From the IMG/VR virus record IMGVR_UViG_3300046472_000374: DNA of 64,000 nucleotides; one strand, 5' to 3'. Position 1 is the stretch's first letter, and every line of letters starts with the position of its first letter. The notes beneath the pieces are model-generated. The model saw only the letters and a program-made list of their open reading frames with translations, searched no databases and had not been told where the DNA came from. A program made the translations under genes and the position numbers. This stretch comes from a virus. Positions 45,095 to 53,985 of the stretch are shown piece after piece.

Positions 45095-46120
45095 CTACTC
45101 TCCCTTGAACCTTTGATTGAATCTTTCCGCTTGGACCTGCCAGCTTTCCGAAACCGCCTGGTCCACCGCGTTCCTACAGATCTGAGAAGCCGCCGGGGTG
45201 CCGACCAGCTCTACTATCTTGTCGATCCATTGGTTGACAGGCCGCATGACGCCCGTCTCCATGTCTCTGACGTACTCTGAGGGGGTGCCCATGCCCGGTG
45301 GATAGAGGACCAGGCTGCCGGCGGCCTGCGCCTGGCGAGCGGCTCGTGAACTCGGCTCTTGGAAGGTCGACGAGTACGGCAGGATGCCCGTCTCATTGAA
45401 AAGCTTCCAGAGTTCCGGTCCGTTGCTCACGTTTCCGTGCCAGACGATCGACGGATGGACGATCGGGGACATGTTGGTGTAGTCCGGATGGCAGACGTGA
45501 AGCTTGAACCGACGGTCCCTGGCGTGCAGTTTCACGGCCAATTGCACCGCCCCGATCAGCCCGCGGCCCGGATCCGAGCTCCAGAGCATGGCGTGGGGGT
45601 CCTTGGAGGGCGACGGATGGTAGATCTCCGGGTCCACGCCGAAGGTTAGCTCCGTTTCGATCAGGTTCAGGCACTGGGAAGGGTCCAGACCGAGCTCTAC
45701 ACCGACCTGGTTCGCGTGCCAGCCCTTGTAGCAGATGATCTTCTTCAGCTTCCCCGAAGAGAGAGCCGCCCGGACGTCCCGCTTCCAGTCTTCTGGGTAG
45801 GTGTGGTCACAGGTGTGGAGGACATTGATGGCGTCCTTGTGGTAGAGCTCCGGAAAGAACTTCCGCCAGTGTACCACCACGTCGTAGCGGTGATGGTCGT
45901 GGCCGCCCATGTAGCTCAGCTCGGCGTCGTTGCGGAACTTGCCGCCAGACAGAAACTCCTCGGAGGCTCCGATGTAGTTCGTGGTCGTGACCGTGACGTC
46001 GTTCCCACCAAGCTCCGCGTAGTAGAACGGGATCTCCAGGTGGTACTTGTTGAACATGCGGACGTAGCCAGCTCCGAGCTTCTGGTAGTCCCGCTTGACC
46101 CCGACGAACGCGATCTTCAC
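45095..46120 (-). CDS. Glycosyltransferase, GT-B/GT4-like (divergent)
   Basis: FGVDPEIYHP, WSSDPGRGL, QEPSSRAARQAQAAGSLVLY resembles the E-x7-E GT4 segment. Confidence 0.65.
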   Translation of the reverse strand: MKIAFVGVKRDYQKLGAGYVRMFNKYHLEIPFYYAELGGNDVTVTTTNYIGASEEFLSGGKFRNDAELSYMGGHDHHRYDVVVHWRKFFPELYHKDAINVLHTCDHTYPEDWKRDVRAALSSGKLKKIICYKGWHANQVGVELGLDPSQCLNLIETELTFGVDPEIYHPSPSKDPHAMLWSSDPGRGLIGAVQLAVKLHARDRRFKLHVCHPDYTNMSPIVHPSIVWHGNVSNGPELWKLFNETGILPYSSTFQEPSSRAARQAQAAGSLVLYPPGMGTPSEYVRDMETGVMRPVNQWIDKIVELVGTPAASQICRNAVDQAVSESWQVQAERFNQRFKGE

Positions 46121-46722
46121 TGGTCACCCCAGGTCAGTTCAGCCTTGGTGGCTCTGAGCTTGATGTTCCAGTTCGCCTGCTGGTGATCGTGTTCCAGGGC
46201 GTGGATGTTGGCGAAACCGTTCTTCTCCAGGAGCCTGCCCAACACCTCCTCGGTGAAGGCGGTGTAGTGCCAGTTCCCTTGGACGTCCTGCCCCCCATAG
46301 AGCCTATGGATGGCGGCGTCCTGGATGTCTGCGATGCTCTGGCCACACTTCGAGCACCCATGGCCGTCCGACCCCAGCATCCAGTTGCCACACCGGTTGC
46401 ACTGGTAGTCCAGACCGTCGTCGTCCAGCACGGCGTAGGCGCAGTGTTGGAAGTCCGGCACCTGGATGTCCACCGTCCCGCCGGGAAGCAGGACTCGCCA
46501 GACTTCCTGCAGGATCTTCTCCGTCTGCTTGTACGGGAAGTGTTCGAGGAAGTCCAACATGAGGATCTCCTCGGCCGACTCATCCTCCCACGGCCAAGGC
46601 AGCTTGGACAGGTCCGTCAGCAGGAACCCGACGTCGGCCGGGATCCACTTCGGACCCAGGAAGTCAACATTGAGATATCCGGGCCGGAGGTCCGACCCGC
46701 ATCCGAGATTGAGCTTCATCAC
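46117..46722 (-). CDS. Class I SAM methyltransferase (type 11-like)
   Basis: KLNLGCG, YLNVD, LPWPWEDES, FLEHF, WRVLLPGG..DIQVPD. Confidence 0.85.
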   Translation of the reverse strand: MMKLNLGCGSDLRPGYLNVDFLGPKWIPADVGFLLTDLSKLPWPWEDESAEEILMLDFLEHFPYKQTEKILQEVWRVLLPGGTVDIQVPDFQHCAYAVLDDDGLDYQCNRCGNWMLGSDGHGCSKCGQSIADIQDAAIHRLYGGQDVQGNWHYTAFTEEVLGRLLEKNGFANIHALEHDHQQANWNIKLRATKAELTWGDQ

Positions 46723-47609
46723 AGGCTCCTGATGAAATCGACCATCTGCTGGGCGCGATGCTCCGGCTTGTGGCCGGCCATCATCTCACCGTAGAGGTCA
46801 TGGGCCAGCTGCTGACGGTGGCCCGGGTCGGCGAGCAGGTAGCGGACCTGGTCCTGGAGGTCCTGCTCGCTGGAGAAGAACCAGAAGCTCTTGATCCCGT
46901 CTCGAGCAGTCTCGTTTGAAACGACGTTCGACAGGACGCAGGAGCGTGTCATGCCCGCCTCGAAGTGTCGGCACTGGTAGCCGTAGCCGAAACCGAACTC
47001 CTGCCCCACGTCGGTCGCGTGGTTCAGGATGATCTTCGAGCGGTTGTACATCAGGTTCAGTTGCTCGATGTCGTAGATCGCACCGTGGAAGAAGGTGTGC
47101 ACTCCCGGCATGTTGTTGACGATCTGGCACATCCTGACCCGGCTCTTGTGGTTGGCACCTGGTGTCAGGCTTCCAATGAAGCAGACGTCGATGTCCTTCT
47201 CTACCTGAGGGAGCGGGCGGTAGAGCGTGTCATCTGCCGTCAGGAGCAAACGCTCCGCCTTCTTGTACCCGTACTCCCGGGCCAGCTGGGCGCCGTCTTC
47301 GTCGAACGTGAAGGCGAAGTCACAGTACTTCCGCATGTCCAGCATCATCTGCTTGATGTGCGGGAAGCGAAGATCGTCGGGCTGGTAGACGATCTTCTTG
47401 CCCTTGGTGATGGCCAGGTCATGCCAGTAGCCCTGCATGGTCTTGAAGACCACCGTGGCGTCGGCGTCGTAGTCCCAGACCTGACCGGGCTGGCTGTCGT
47501 CGATGACATTCACCAGGTGCTCGCCGAGACGGTCGAAGCCTTTCTTGAAGGCGATCTCCGTCCCGAACGGGGCGTTCCTGATGAATGCTCCGACGAGGTT
47601 GATACGCAT
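46719..47609 (-). CDS. Glycosyltransferase, CgeB/Glyco_trans_1_2-like
   Basis: DIDVCFIGS, YNRSKIILN, RHFEAGMT, ADPGHRQQLA. Confidence 0.75.
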   Translation of the reverse strand: MRINLVGAFIRNAPFGTEIAFKKGFDRLGEHLVNVIDDSQPGQVWDYDADATVVFKTMQGYWHDLAITKGKKIVYQPDDLRFPHIKQMMLDMRKYCDFAFTFDEDGAQLAREYGYKKAERLLLTADDTLYRPLPQVEKDIDVCFIGSLTPGANHKSRVRMCQIVNNMPGVHTFFHGAIYDIEQLNLMYNRSKIILNHATDVGQEFGFGYGYQCRHFEAGMTRSCVLSNVVSNETARDGIKSFWFFSSEQDLQDQVRYLLADPGHRQQLAHDLYGEMMAGHKPEHRAQQMVDFIRSL

Positions 47610-47813
47610 CTACTCGTCCTGGGTGCTCACGTAGCCGAGGACCTTGAGGACGCGCTGGCTAAGCTTCTTGAACTGCTCATCGATCAGCGCGTCTTCCTTC
47701 TCGGTCCGACCCTCGTCACCCTCGACGGAGCCGATGTTGAGGACAGCGTCGACCAGGACTTCCTTCGCCAGATCCTTGGGAGAGCACTTCTCGCCCTTCT
47801 TGTTCTTGATCAT
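47610..47813 (-). CDS. Small hypothetical protein
   Basis: MIKNKKGEK... 67 aa with GGGGGA SD, fills the gap exactly. Confidence 0.5.
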   Translation of the reverse strand: MIKNKKGEKCSPKDLAKEVLVDAVLNIGSVEGDEGRTEKEDALIDEQFKKLSQRVLKVLGYVSTQDE

Positions 47814-47814
47814 T

Positions 47815-48186
47815 TCAGTTCCCCTTTTCGACTCGGTATGAGTCGGATTCTTCGTGCATGGTGCTGAACTCGAACAGGTCCGACTCCTCGATGGCGCCGA
47901 TCTGGTGGACCAGACCACGGTCGATGAGGATGGACTCACCCGGCAGGAGGTCGACGTAGTACGGCGCCCCCTTCTCCGGGTCAATCAGTTTCAGACGGAC
48001 GTGTCCCTTCTGCAAGTACATCGTCTCCATCTTGTTCATGTGGAAGTGCAGGCTGCAGCACTTGTCCTTGTAGATGTGGAGGAGCTTGCCACAGTACTCC
48101 GGCTCGTTCTCGATCCAGAGCTCGTAGCCCCACCCGCGCTCGACGCGCTTGATGTCGGACGCGGTCCTCTTCTTTACTTCAGCCAT
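47815..48186 (-). CDS. Cupin, sugar-phosphate isomerase/epimerase-like
   Basis: RGWGYELWI...CCSLHFH..KMET.Y...HQIGA...EFST cupin metal motifs; start MAEVKK at 48186. Confidence 0.8.
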   Translation of the reverse strand: MAEVKKRTASDIKRVERGWGYELWIENEPEYCGKLLHIYKDKCCSLHFHMNKMETMYLQKGHVRLKLIDPEKGAPYYVDLLPGESILIDRGLVHQIGAIEESDLFEFSTMHEESDSYRVEKGN

Positions 48187-48887
48187 GAGTCGATGTCCTC
48201 CTGGAATTGCTTGACCGCCTTGTCCGTCTGGGGATGGGCGATCACCTGCTTGATGATCGACAGGGAAGCCGTCACGATGTCCGCCCCGTTCAGCCAGCAG
48301 TCCTGCAGGTCTTCCGGCTTCCGGATGCTGCCACAGATGATACGGCAGTTTCGGTTCAGATCGTTGGCGAACAGGCTCAGCTCCATGTCGGCGTCCAGAT
48401 CCCCGTCCTTCATCCGATTGTAGAAGAACGAGACGATGGGAGCGCCGGCATCGTGGGCCAGCTTCGCCTGAAGGGCTGTCATGGCCGCGGTGGCGTTCAC
48501 CTTGACCCCGTCGTCGCCAAGTCTCGAGATCACCTCGAGTGACTCGAAGAGGATCGGGATCTTGACGTGCAGCTGCACCTTGTCGTACTTCCCGAGGGCG
48601 TCCCGAAGACGGTGCGCCTGATCGTACATCTCCTGGGGATCGAGGGTGATGACCTCGACCGAGAGGTGCTTCCTGGCCCGCGCACGAGTCTGGAAGACCT
48701 GGCAGACGTCGTCCAGTCGCTTGACGTAGTGGTCCCACTTCTCCTTCGAGAAGCGAGGTTCCAGCGAGACGACCTTGGTCTCCTTGGCCATGAGTGACGG
48801 GTTGGTCGTCACACCGGCCACGGCGTCCGTCCGGACCGCGAGGGAGATGTCGTCCAGGTTCGCGCTGTCGAGGAAGAGCTCTTTCAT
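48174..48887 (-). CDS. tal: Transaldolase (small TalC/FSA subfamily)
   Basis: LFLDSAN, GVTTNPSL, SVEV, VKIP (Schiff-base Lys), VNAT, VSFFYNR, GSIR. Confidence 0.9.
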   Translation of the reverse strand: MKELFLDSANLDDISLAVRTDAVAGVTTNPSLMAKETKVVSLEPRFSKEKWDHYVKRLDDVCQVFQTRARARKHLSVEVITLDPQEMYDQAHRLRDALGKYDKVQLHVKIPILFESLEVISRLGDDGVKVNATAAMTALQAKLAHDAGAPIVSFFYNRMKDGDLDADMELSLFANDLNRNCRIICGSIRKPEDLQDCWLNGADIVTASLSIIKQVIAHPQTDKAVKQFQEDIDSWLK

Positions 48888-49804
48888 GGGCGCTCCTTGG
48901 GAACGATCGTCCCCTTATAAGTAGTGCTCAGGCCGGCCCACCTGTTGGCGAAGTCGAGGTCTTCCGACACGGCGTAGGCGGCCAGGAAAGCGTCCCCGGC
49001 CCCGCAGGTGTCCACGGCCCGGACATCGTATGCTTCCGACTCGTGGTACTCGTCCGAGTCCTTGAACATGGTGGCCGAACCGTGGTGTCCCAGCTTCAGG
49101 GTGATCCCAGAGTGGAGGCGTTCCTTGGCCCGTTGGACACGGTCCACGATGCAGTCCACCTCACGGGGACGACCGACCACGGCCTCCAGCTCCTTGAGGT
49201 TCAGGAACATCATGTCGGCGCCGGCGTAGTTGCTGTGGTTGCTTTCCTTCTGGGAGACCTGGCTGTCCACGAAGAGCTTCCCGCCGTAGCGTTCCTTCTT
49301 CTGCCGGATGAGGTCCATCAGGCTGTAGTCCATCGTCCCGTGGCGGTTGTCGCAGACCACCACGGCGTCAGCCACGTTGCGGGCCTGGACATAGGCGTCG
49401 GCCATGATCTGCTTCAGGTCCTGGGAGTAGTACGCCTCGTTCCGAACGTCGTACTGCACCATCTTGTAGTCGTCGACGTAGAACCGACGCTTCTCCGTCC
49501 ACTTCCATCCCTTGCCCACGATCGGGCTGTAGTCGAGCCGGTTGAGCTCGTCCTGGGTGGGGGCGTCAGTGGACTCCACCAGCCGGGTCCAGAGGCTCTC
49601 GTCGCCGCCGACAGTCAGGAGCCGGACGTTGGCACCCAACCTGAGGAGATGTCTGACGACGAGGGCCGCACCTCCGATGAAGCGTTCCGTTCGCTCGTAG
49701 TCGGCCACGATGGTCGGAGTCTCAGCGGAGACACCGAGCTTCTTTCCGTGGGTGTACTCGTCGAGGATCACGTCCCCGACCACCAGGATGTTCTTATTCG
49801 TCAC
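48884..49804 (-). CDS. PfkB sugar kinase, HldE/RfaE domain I-like (kinase 2)
   Basis: ILVVGDVILDEY...VSAETP, GGAALV, TEKRRF, KLGHHG, DTCGAGDAF; GTG start at 49804. Confidence 0.85.
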   Translation of the reverse strand: MTNKNILVVGDVILDEYTHGKKLGVSAETPTIVADYERTERFIGGAALVVRHLLRLGANVRLLTVGGDESLWTRLVESTDAPTQDELNRLDYSPIVGKGWKWTEKRRFYVDDYKMVQYDVRNEAYYSQDLKQIMADAYVQARNVADAVVVCDNRHGTMDYSLMDLIRQKKERYGGKLFVDSQVSQKESNHSNYAGADMMFLNLKELEAVVGRPREVDCIVDRVQRAKERLHSGITLKLGHHGSATMFKDSDEYHESEAYDVRAVDTCGAGDAFLAAYAVSEDLDFANRWAGLSTTYKGTIVPKERP

Positions 49805-50243
49805 CGAGGTACCCCAGCTTCTCCACCCTGGCGATGTGACGGCCTTCCTCGAAGGCGGTCTCCAGGAAGGTGTGGATGAGCTCGTCCATGGAACCCAGGG
49901 GAGTGCGCCACTGGCCGAGGACGAGGACATTGCAGTCGTTGTGCTGGCGCATGAGCTCGGCCGTGGCGCGATCCGTCGCCAGGCCGGCGCGGATGGAACG
50001 GAACCGGTTGGCGGCGATCAGCATGCCCGTCCCCGTACCGCAGATCAGGATTCCGGTGGCGTCGTCCTTCATGACGCCCTTGCACAGCTTCTCGGCGATG
50101 TCCGTGTAGTCGACCTTGTGCTCGTAGTCGTCCCCGTTGACGTCGCACACGCAGTAGCCAGCGGCCAGCAGGAGCTTCATGATGTAGCCCCGGGCCGCGT
50201 TCCCGTTGTGGTCTGAACCGAGGTAGATGGTGTTACTGTCCAT
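49794..50243 (-). CDS. rpiB: Ribose-5-phosphate isomerase B
   Basis: GSDHNG, VDY, GILICGTGTGM.IAANR, HNDCNVLVLG, GRH..RV. Confidence 0.92.
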   Translation of the reverse strand: MDSNTIYLGSDHNGNAARGYIMKLLLAAGYCVCDVNGDDYEHKVDYTDIAEKLCKGVMKDDATGILICGTGTGMLIAANRFRSIRAGLATDRATAELMRQHNDCNVLVLGQWRTPLGSMDELIHTFLETAFEEGRHIARVEKLGYLGDE

Positions 50244-50877
50244 AGGTCGTGTTGTACCTTTTGTGCCAGGCCTTGACATCTTCGCCGTGCATCAGGCGAC
50301 AGTTGCCACCGTTGAGGGTGTGGGCGATGTAGTTCTTCTGAGCGATGTTCTCCAAGGCGGCCGCCAGCTCCACAGCCTTGTTTGGAGTGTCGCCGAAGGT
50401 CAGGACACCGTGCTGGTAGAGCAGCACCGCCTTCTCATCCGGATCCAAGAGCAGCTCGTCTCCCCACCGGTCGATGTCCGGCCTTCCGGTCGTCCGGATG
50501 TCGTGACCGAAGTAGTCGGCATGCTCCGTGCACCTGACCTCGAGGTCCCTACCCGAGATGGCGTAGCCGACGGCGTAGGGCGAGTGGGTGTGGCAGATGG
50601 AGTGGACGTGAGGATATTTCCGATAAATCGCCAGGTGATGGGGAAGGTCCACGGAGGGCTTCCGCTTGCCCATCAGGATCTCGCCGTCTGAGATCGCCAC
50701 GCAGACGACGTCTTCGACCTGGATCTGCTCGTACGGCATGCCGCTCGGCTTGATGCAGACGACTCCACCGGGAGCCAGCACGGAGAGGTTCCCGTGGGTG
50801 TCCCGGATCACGTCATTCATCTTGGCCATCCTGCGCAGCCCGCTGACGAGGGCCGCTACGAACACAGAGGTAGTCAC
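50233..50877 (-). CDS. Class II aldolase / L-ribulose-5-phosphate 4-epimerase (AraD/FucA family)
   Basis: GNLS, IKPSG, KPS.D..HH..IY, ICHTHSPYA, HG..TFG; GTGA-coupled start at 50877. Confidence 0.88.
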   Translation of the reverse strand: MTTSVFVAALVSGLRRMAKMNDVIRDTHGNLSVLAPGGVVCIKPSGMPYEQIQVEDVVCVAISDGEILMGKRKPSVDLPHHLAIYRKYPHVHSICHTHSPYAVGYAISGRDLEVRCTEHADYFGHDIRTTGRPDIDRWGDELLLDPDEKAVLLYQHGVLTFGDTPNKAVELAAALENIAQKNYIAHTLNGGNCRLMHGEDVKAWHKRYNTTYGQ

Positions 50878-51779
50878 AGCAGCTCCTTGATCTTGGTAAA
50901 TACTTCCTCCACCGTGATGGGGGTATCTATGCCCTCTACGACCCGATACTCCTGACACCAGGGATGTGCCTTGACGGAGGAGTTCCACATCTTGAAGATC
51001 CCCACGACCTTCTTGTCTTGGGCTGCCGCCACGTGCATCATGCCGGTGTCATTCCCGACGTACATGTGACAGGAGTTCACGACCTCTAGAGAATGGATCA
51101 GGTTCGTCGGGATGAGCTGGAGACGGAGGTCGTCCACCATCTTCATGATCGGCATGATGGAAAGCTGGATGTCGGCCATGTCACCCGTGGTCACGATCTC
51201 GCAGTCTGGAATCTCCGCCAGGATCCGCTTGCAGAGCTCAGCGTAGTTCTCATTCCCCCAGTGCTTCACCTTCCAGAATCCGGCGGCGTCCTTCTTGTAC
51301 CCGACCCCGAGGTAGATCCTGAACTTGGCGTTCGGGGGAGGGAGCCACTTCGGCATGAACGAGCAGTCCGGGGTCACGTGGTTGTAGCCCATGACCCGGG
51401 CGTTCTCCATCTGGTACTCGACCTCGTGCTTCTTCCAGGAAACAAGACCAGTGGTGGAGGGATCTGGTCTGGTCCTGCCGTCCATCATCTGGAAGGCGTG
51501 ATAGTGGGTCCCGTTGTGCCAGCGGCCGTCGAAGGGGATCGACATGATCGCCATCTTGTACATCGGGTCTTCCACGGGTTGCGCCCGATCCACCCAGATG
51601 TTTTTGATGCAGCGGTAATGGGTCTTCAAGGACCGCAGCACTTCCAGGGCGCCGACGTCATCCCGTGTGCTGCCGACCAGGACGTCGAGCTCACAGCCGA
51701 TGTGGTGGAGCGCCTTGATGGCCGGGACCGCCATGACGGCGTTTCCGAGCCCAAAGACCTTCCCGAAGAGGGTCCTCAC
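50874..51779 (-). CDS. GT9 (heptosyltransferase-family) glycosyltransferase
   Basis: GLGNAVMAVPAIKAL, KHW....Y.EL, YVGNDTGMMHVAAA; GTGA-coupled start at 51779. Confidence 0.85.
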   Translation of the reverse strand: MRTLFGKVFGLGNAVMAVPAIKALHHIGCELDVLVGSTRDDVGALEVLRSLKTHYRCIKNIWVDRAQPVEDPMYKMAIMSIPFDGRWHNGTHYHAFQMMDGRTRPDPSTTGLVSWKKHEVEYQMENARVMGYNHVTPDCSFMPKWLPPPNAKFRIYLGVGYKKDAAGFWKVKHWGNENYAELCKRILAEIPDCEIVTTGDMADIQLSIMPIMKMVDDLRLQLIPTNLIHSLEVVNSCHMYVGNDTGMMHVAAAQDKKVVGIFKMWNSSVKAHPWCQEYRVVEGIDTPITVEEVFTKIKELL

Positions 51780-52819
51780 TTGAGCACCGCGTACATCTGG
51801 AGCATGCGAGCCCGAAGGGTGTGATGAGCCATGGCGTGAGAGTGTCCCTGCCAGGCGATCCACTGGGCCCGCTTCTCCGACTCCAGGGCGAACTCGATCT
51901 GCTCGTCCAGCCGCTTCAGGTCCTTGAAGTAGAGACAGTGTCTCCGGTCGAGGAACGGTTCGATCTGGACGGCGCCGGAGTCCTGGGTCAGCATCAGGCT
52001 GCCGACGTAGGGGATCTCGTAGAACCGCAGGGTCTTCCCGTTCTCGGCCGCTCCCCTGAGGTTGAGGCAGATCCGGGACTGGGCCATCACGTCGAAGTAC
52101 ACGTTCTTGCGGACGTAGGCCCGCATCGTGTTCGGCTCACGTTCCAGATCGATCTTCAGCCGGAGGTGTCCCCACTTCGAGAGGACGTGATCGATGATCC
52201 TGGCCCGATCGGGATGGCTGTTGTAGCCCTGAAAGGAGATGTCGTACTTCTTCTCCTGGGTCCGGTGCGGCGTCCAGTACTGGTCGAAATTGATGCACCA
52301 GTTGTAGACATGGGCCTTGGGGATGCTGTCGTACTCCGGACGCCAGTTGTCGAGGAACATGGCCTCGAGCCTGGTGCCGTAGCGGGCGGCCACGAACTCG
52401 GGGCTCCTGTTCCAGAACCTGTCGTGACCGGCCACCACGACCACGGGGACATCGTAGAAGTTCGCCCGAAGCTTCATGTAGAGGGCGTAGGTCTCGTCCC
52501 GTTCGTCCAGGAAGATCCGCTTGATGTTCCCCCGGCTCAGCTCGTCTCGGAGCTCTTCTTCAGAGTACATCGAGACCCGCTTGTTCTCGGGGGTGAACCC
52601 GAGCATCCCGCGCTCCCGTCCCCAGTCCTTCTCCGGATCTCCCGTGAAGGTGAGGTCCCACCGGTGCTTCCAGTGGTATGGGTGGTCGATGACCTTGGCC
52701 GGACCGAGCAGCTGCACATGTCCGGCGAACAACAGGTCCTGTCCCCAGTCGCTGCCCTCCCGGGCGTCGATGAGCAGGGTCTTCCGTTCGTTCTCGGGTA
52801 GCGGCAGCTTGGGGATCAT
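51776..52819 (-). CDS. Glycosyltransferase, CgeB/Glyco_trans_1_2-like
   Basis: KYDISFQG, YFDVMAQSRICLN, RFYEIPYVGSLMLT, IAWQGH. Confidence 0.75.
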   Translation of the reverse strand: MIPKLPLPENERKTLLIDAREGSDWGQDLLFAGHVQLLGPAKVIDHPYHWKHRWDLTFTGDPEKDWGRERGMLGFTPENKRVSMYSEEELRDELSRGNIKRIFLDERDETYALYMKLRANFYDVPVVVVAGHDRFWNRSPEFVAARYGTRLEAMFLDNWRPEYDSIPKAHVYNWCINFDQYWTPHRTQEKKYDISFQGYNSHPDRARIIDHVLSKWGHLRLKIDLEREPNTMRAYVRKNVYFDVMAQSRICLNLRGAAENGKTLRFYEIPYVGSLMLTQDSGAVQIEPFLDRRHCLYFKDLKRLDEQIEFALESEKRAQWIAWQGHSHAMAHHTLRARMLQMYAVLK

Positions 52820-53376
52820 TTTCCGACCAACGCGACCAGCTCCCCGGCATTCTCCTGGCCGGGATCGAAGAAGGTCTTGAGGGTCATCCCCAGCTCGAAG
52901 ATGTGGTCCTTGGTCACGTAGTTCCGATGGACCTCGTTGGGGTTCCCGTCTTCTTCACCCTGCGGCCACGAGCCCCATGGGCAGCAGTAGACGAGCGCCT
53001 TGCCGGCGTAGTCCAGGAGCTTGGGGGTGCACTCCTTGAGCTCTTCCCAGGTCACGTGCTCGGGACCGTGGTCCCAGAAGATGACGTCCCAGAACCCCTT
53101 GACCAGAGCGGAACCCGGGTCACGAGCGTCACCAGCGATGACGGAGTCTACCTGGTAGCGACCGTTCCAGACGGCGTGCTCCAGGTCCGAGATGTTCTTC
53201 GGGAAGATCTCCAGCACTCCCAGCGGACCTCCGAGCTGCTTTGCCATGTAGTCATGCCACCACGGCTTGCAGTCATGGCGCCAGCCGACGTAGAGCATCG
53301 ACTTGCATCCCGCCTTCTGCAGGAGAGGGATGACATTTGATTCGAAAAAGTCGAACGCGACCTTGTTGTGGGGCAT
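52816..53376 (-). CDS. Putative class I SAM methyltransferase (divergent)
   Basis: MLYVGW, GVLEI, GDARD, WDVIFWDHGPEH; TGATG-coupled start at 53376. Confidence 0.6.
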   Translation of the reverse strand: MPHNKVAFDFFESNVIPLLQKAGCKSMLYVGWRHDCKPWWHDYMAKQLGGPLGVLEIFPKNISDLEHAVWNGRYQVDSVIAGDARDPGSALVKGFWDVIFWDHGPEHVTWEELKECTPKLLDYAGKALVYCCPWGSWPQGEEDGNPNEVHRNYVTKDHIFELGMTLKTFFDPGQENAGELVALVGK

Positions 53377-53978
53377 CAGTCCTCCGTCTTCCTCAGAGCC
53401 GCGGTGTCCTGTAGCTCGTGTGGAGGGACGTAGAACCTGTCCACGATCTCCATGTTGCGTTCCTTGATGGCCTTCTCGTAGGCCTGCAGGATGCACTCCT
53501 CGTAGAGGTCATCGAAGATGATGTATCCGCCCTTCTTCACGAAGCGGTAGTAGAGATCGAAGTCTCCCCACACCGCCTCGAACGGATGATGGCAACCGTC
53601 GATGACGAGGATGTCGGCCTGTCGGCCGGCCAGGTGCCTCTCCACGCTCTCGATGACGTCTGGCCACATGGAGCACCCGACGACGAGCTCGATCGGAAAA
53701 TCCTGTGTCCGACGCCTGAACAGGTTGATCTTGTCCTGGTTGGGGGAAAGATCCTGTACGACGTCCCCACGCTTCCGGCTGTCGATGTCCGGACGGTCGG
53801 CGACCATCGGATCGACGCAGATGACCTTGGAGCAGAAACCGGCATAGCGCTGGGTTCCCTGCCCGTCGGCGCATCCGATCTCGATGACGAGAGGACGGCG
53901 CCTGTTCTCTTGGTTGCAGCGGGAGATGCACTCCATCACCATCCCACAGACCCTGCAATAGATGTTTGGTTCGATCAT
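53376..53978 (-). CDS. Class I SAM methyltransferase (Methyltransf_24-like, possible sugar O-methyltransferase)
   Basis: VIEIGCADG, CVDP, DILVIDGCHH, VKKGGYIIFDD. Confidence 0.8.
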   Translation of the reverse strand: MIEPNIYCRVCGMVMECISRCNQENRRRPLVIEIGCADGQGTQRYAGFCSKVICVDPMVADRPDIDSRKRGDVVQDLSPNQDKINLFRRRTQDFPIELVVGCSMWPDVIESVERHLAGRQADILVIDGCHHPFEAVWGDFDLYYRFVKKGGYIIFDDLYEECILQAYEKAIKERNMEIVDRFYVPPHELQDTAALRKTED

Positions 53979-53985
53979 GTGTCCC

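Noticed and set aside
48174-50243. Transaldolase and RpiB as pentose-phosphate auxiliary metabolic genes for dNTP supply
   Set aside because: Not excluded, but disfavoured: they are translationally coupled within the glycan cluster, and zwf/gnd/cp12 are absent from the window.
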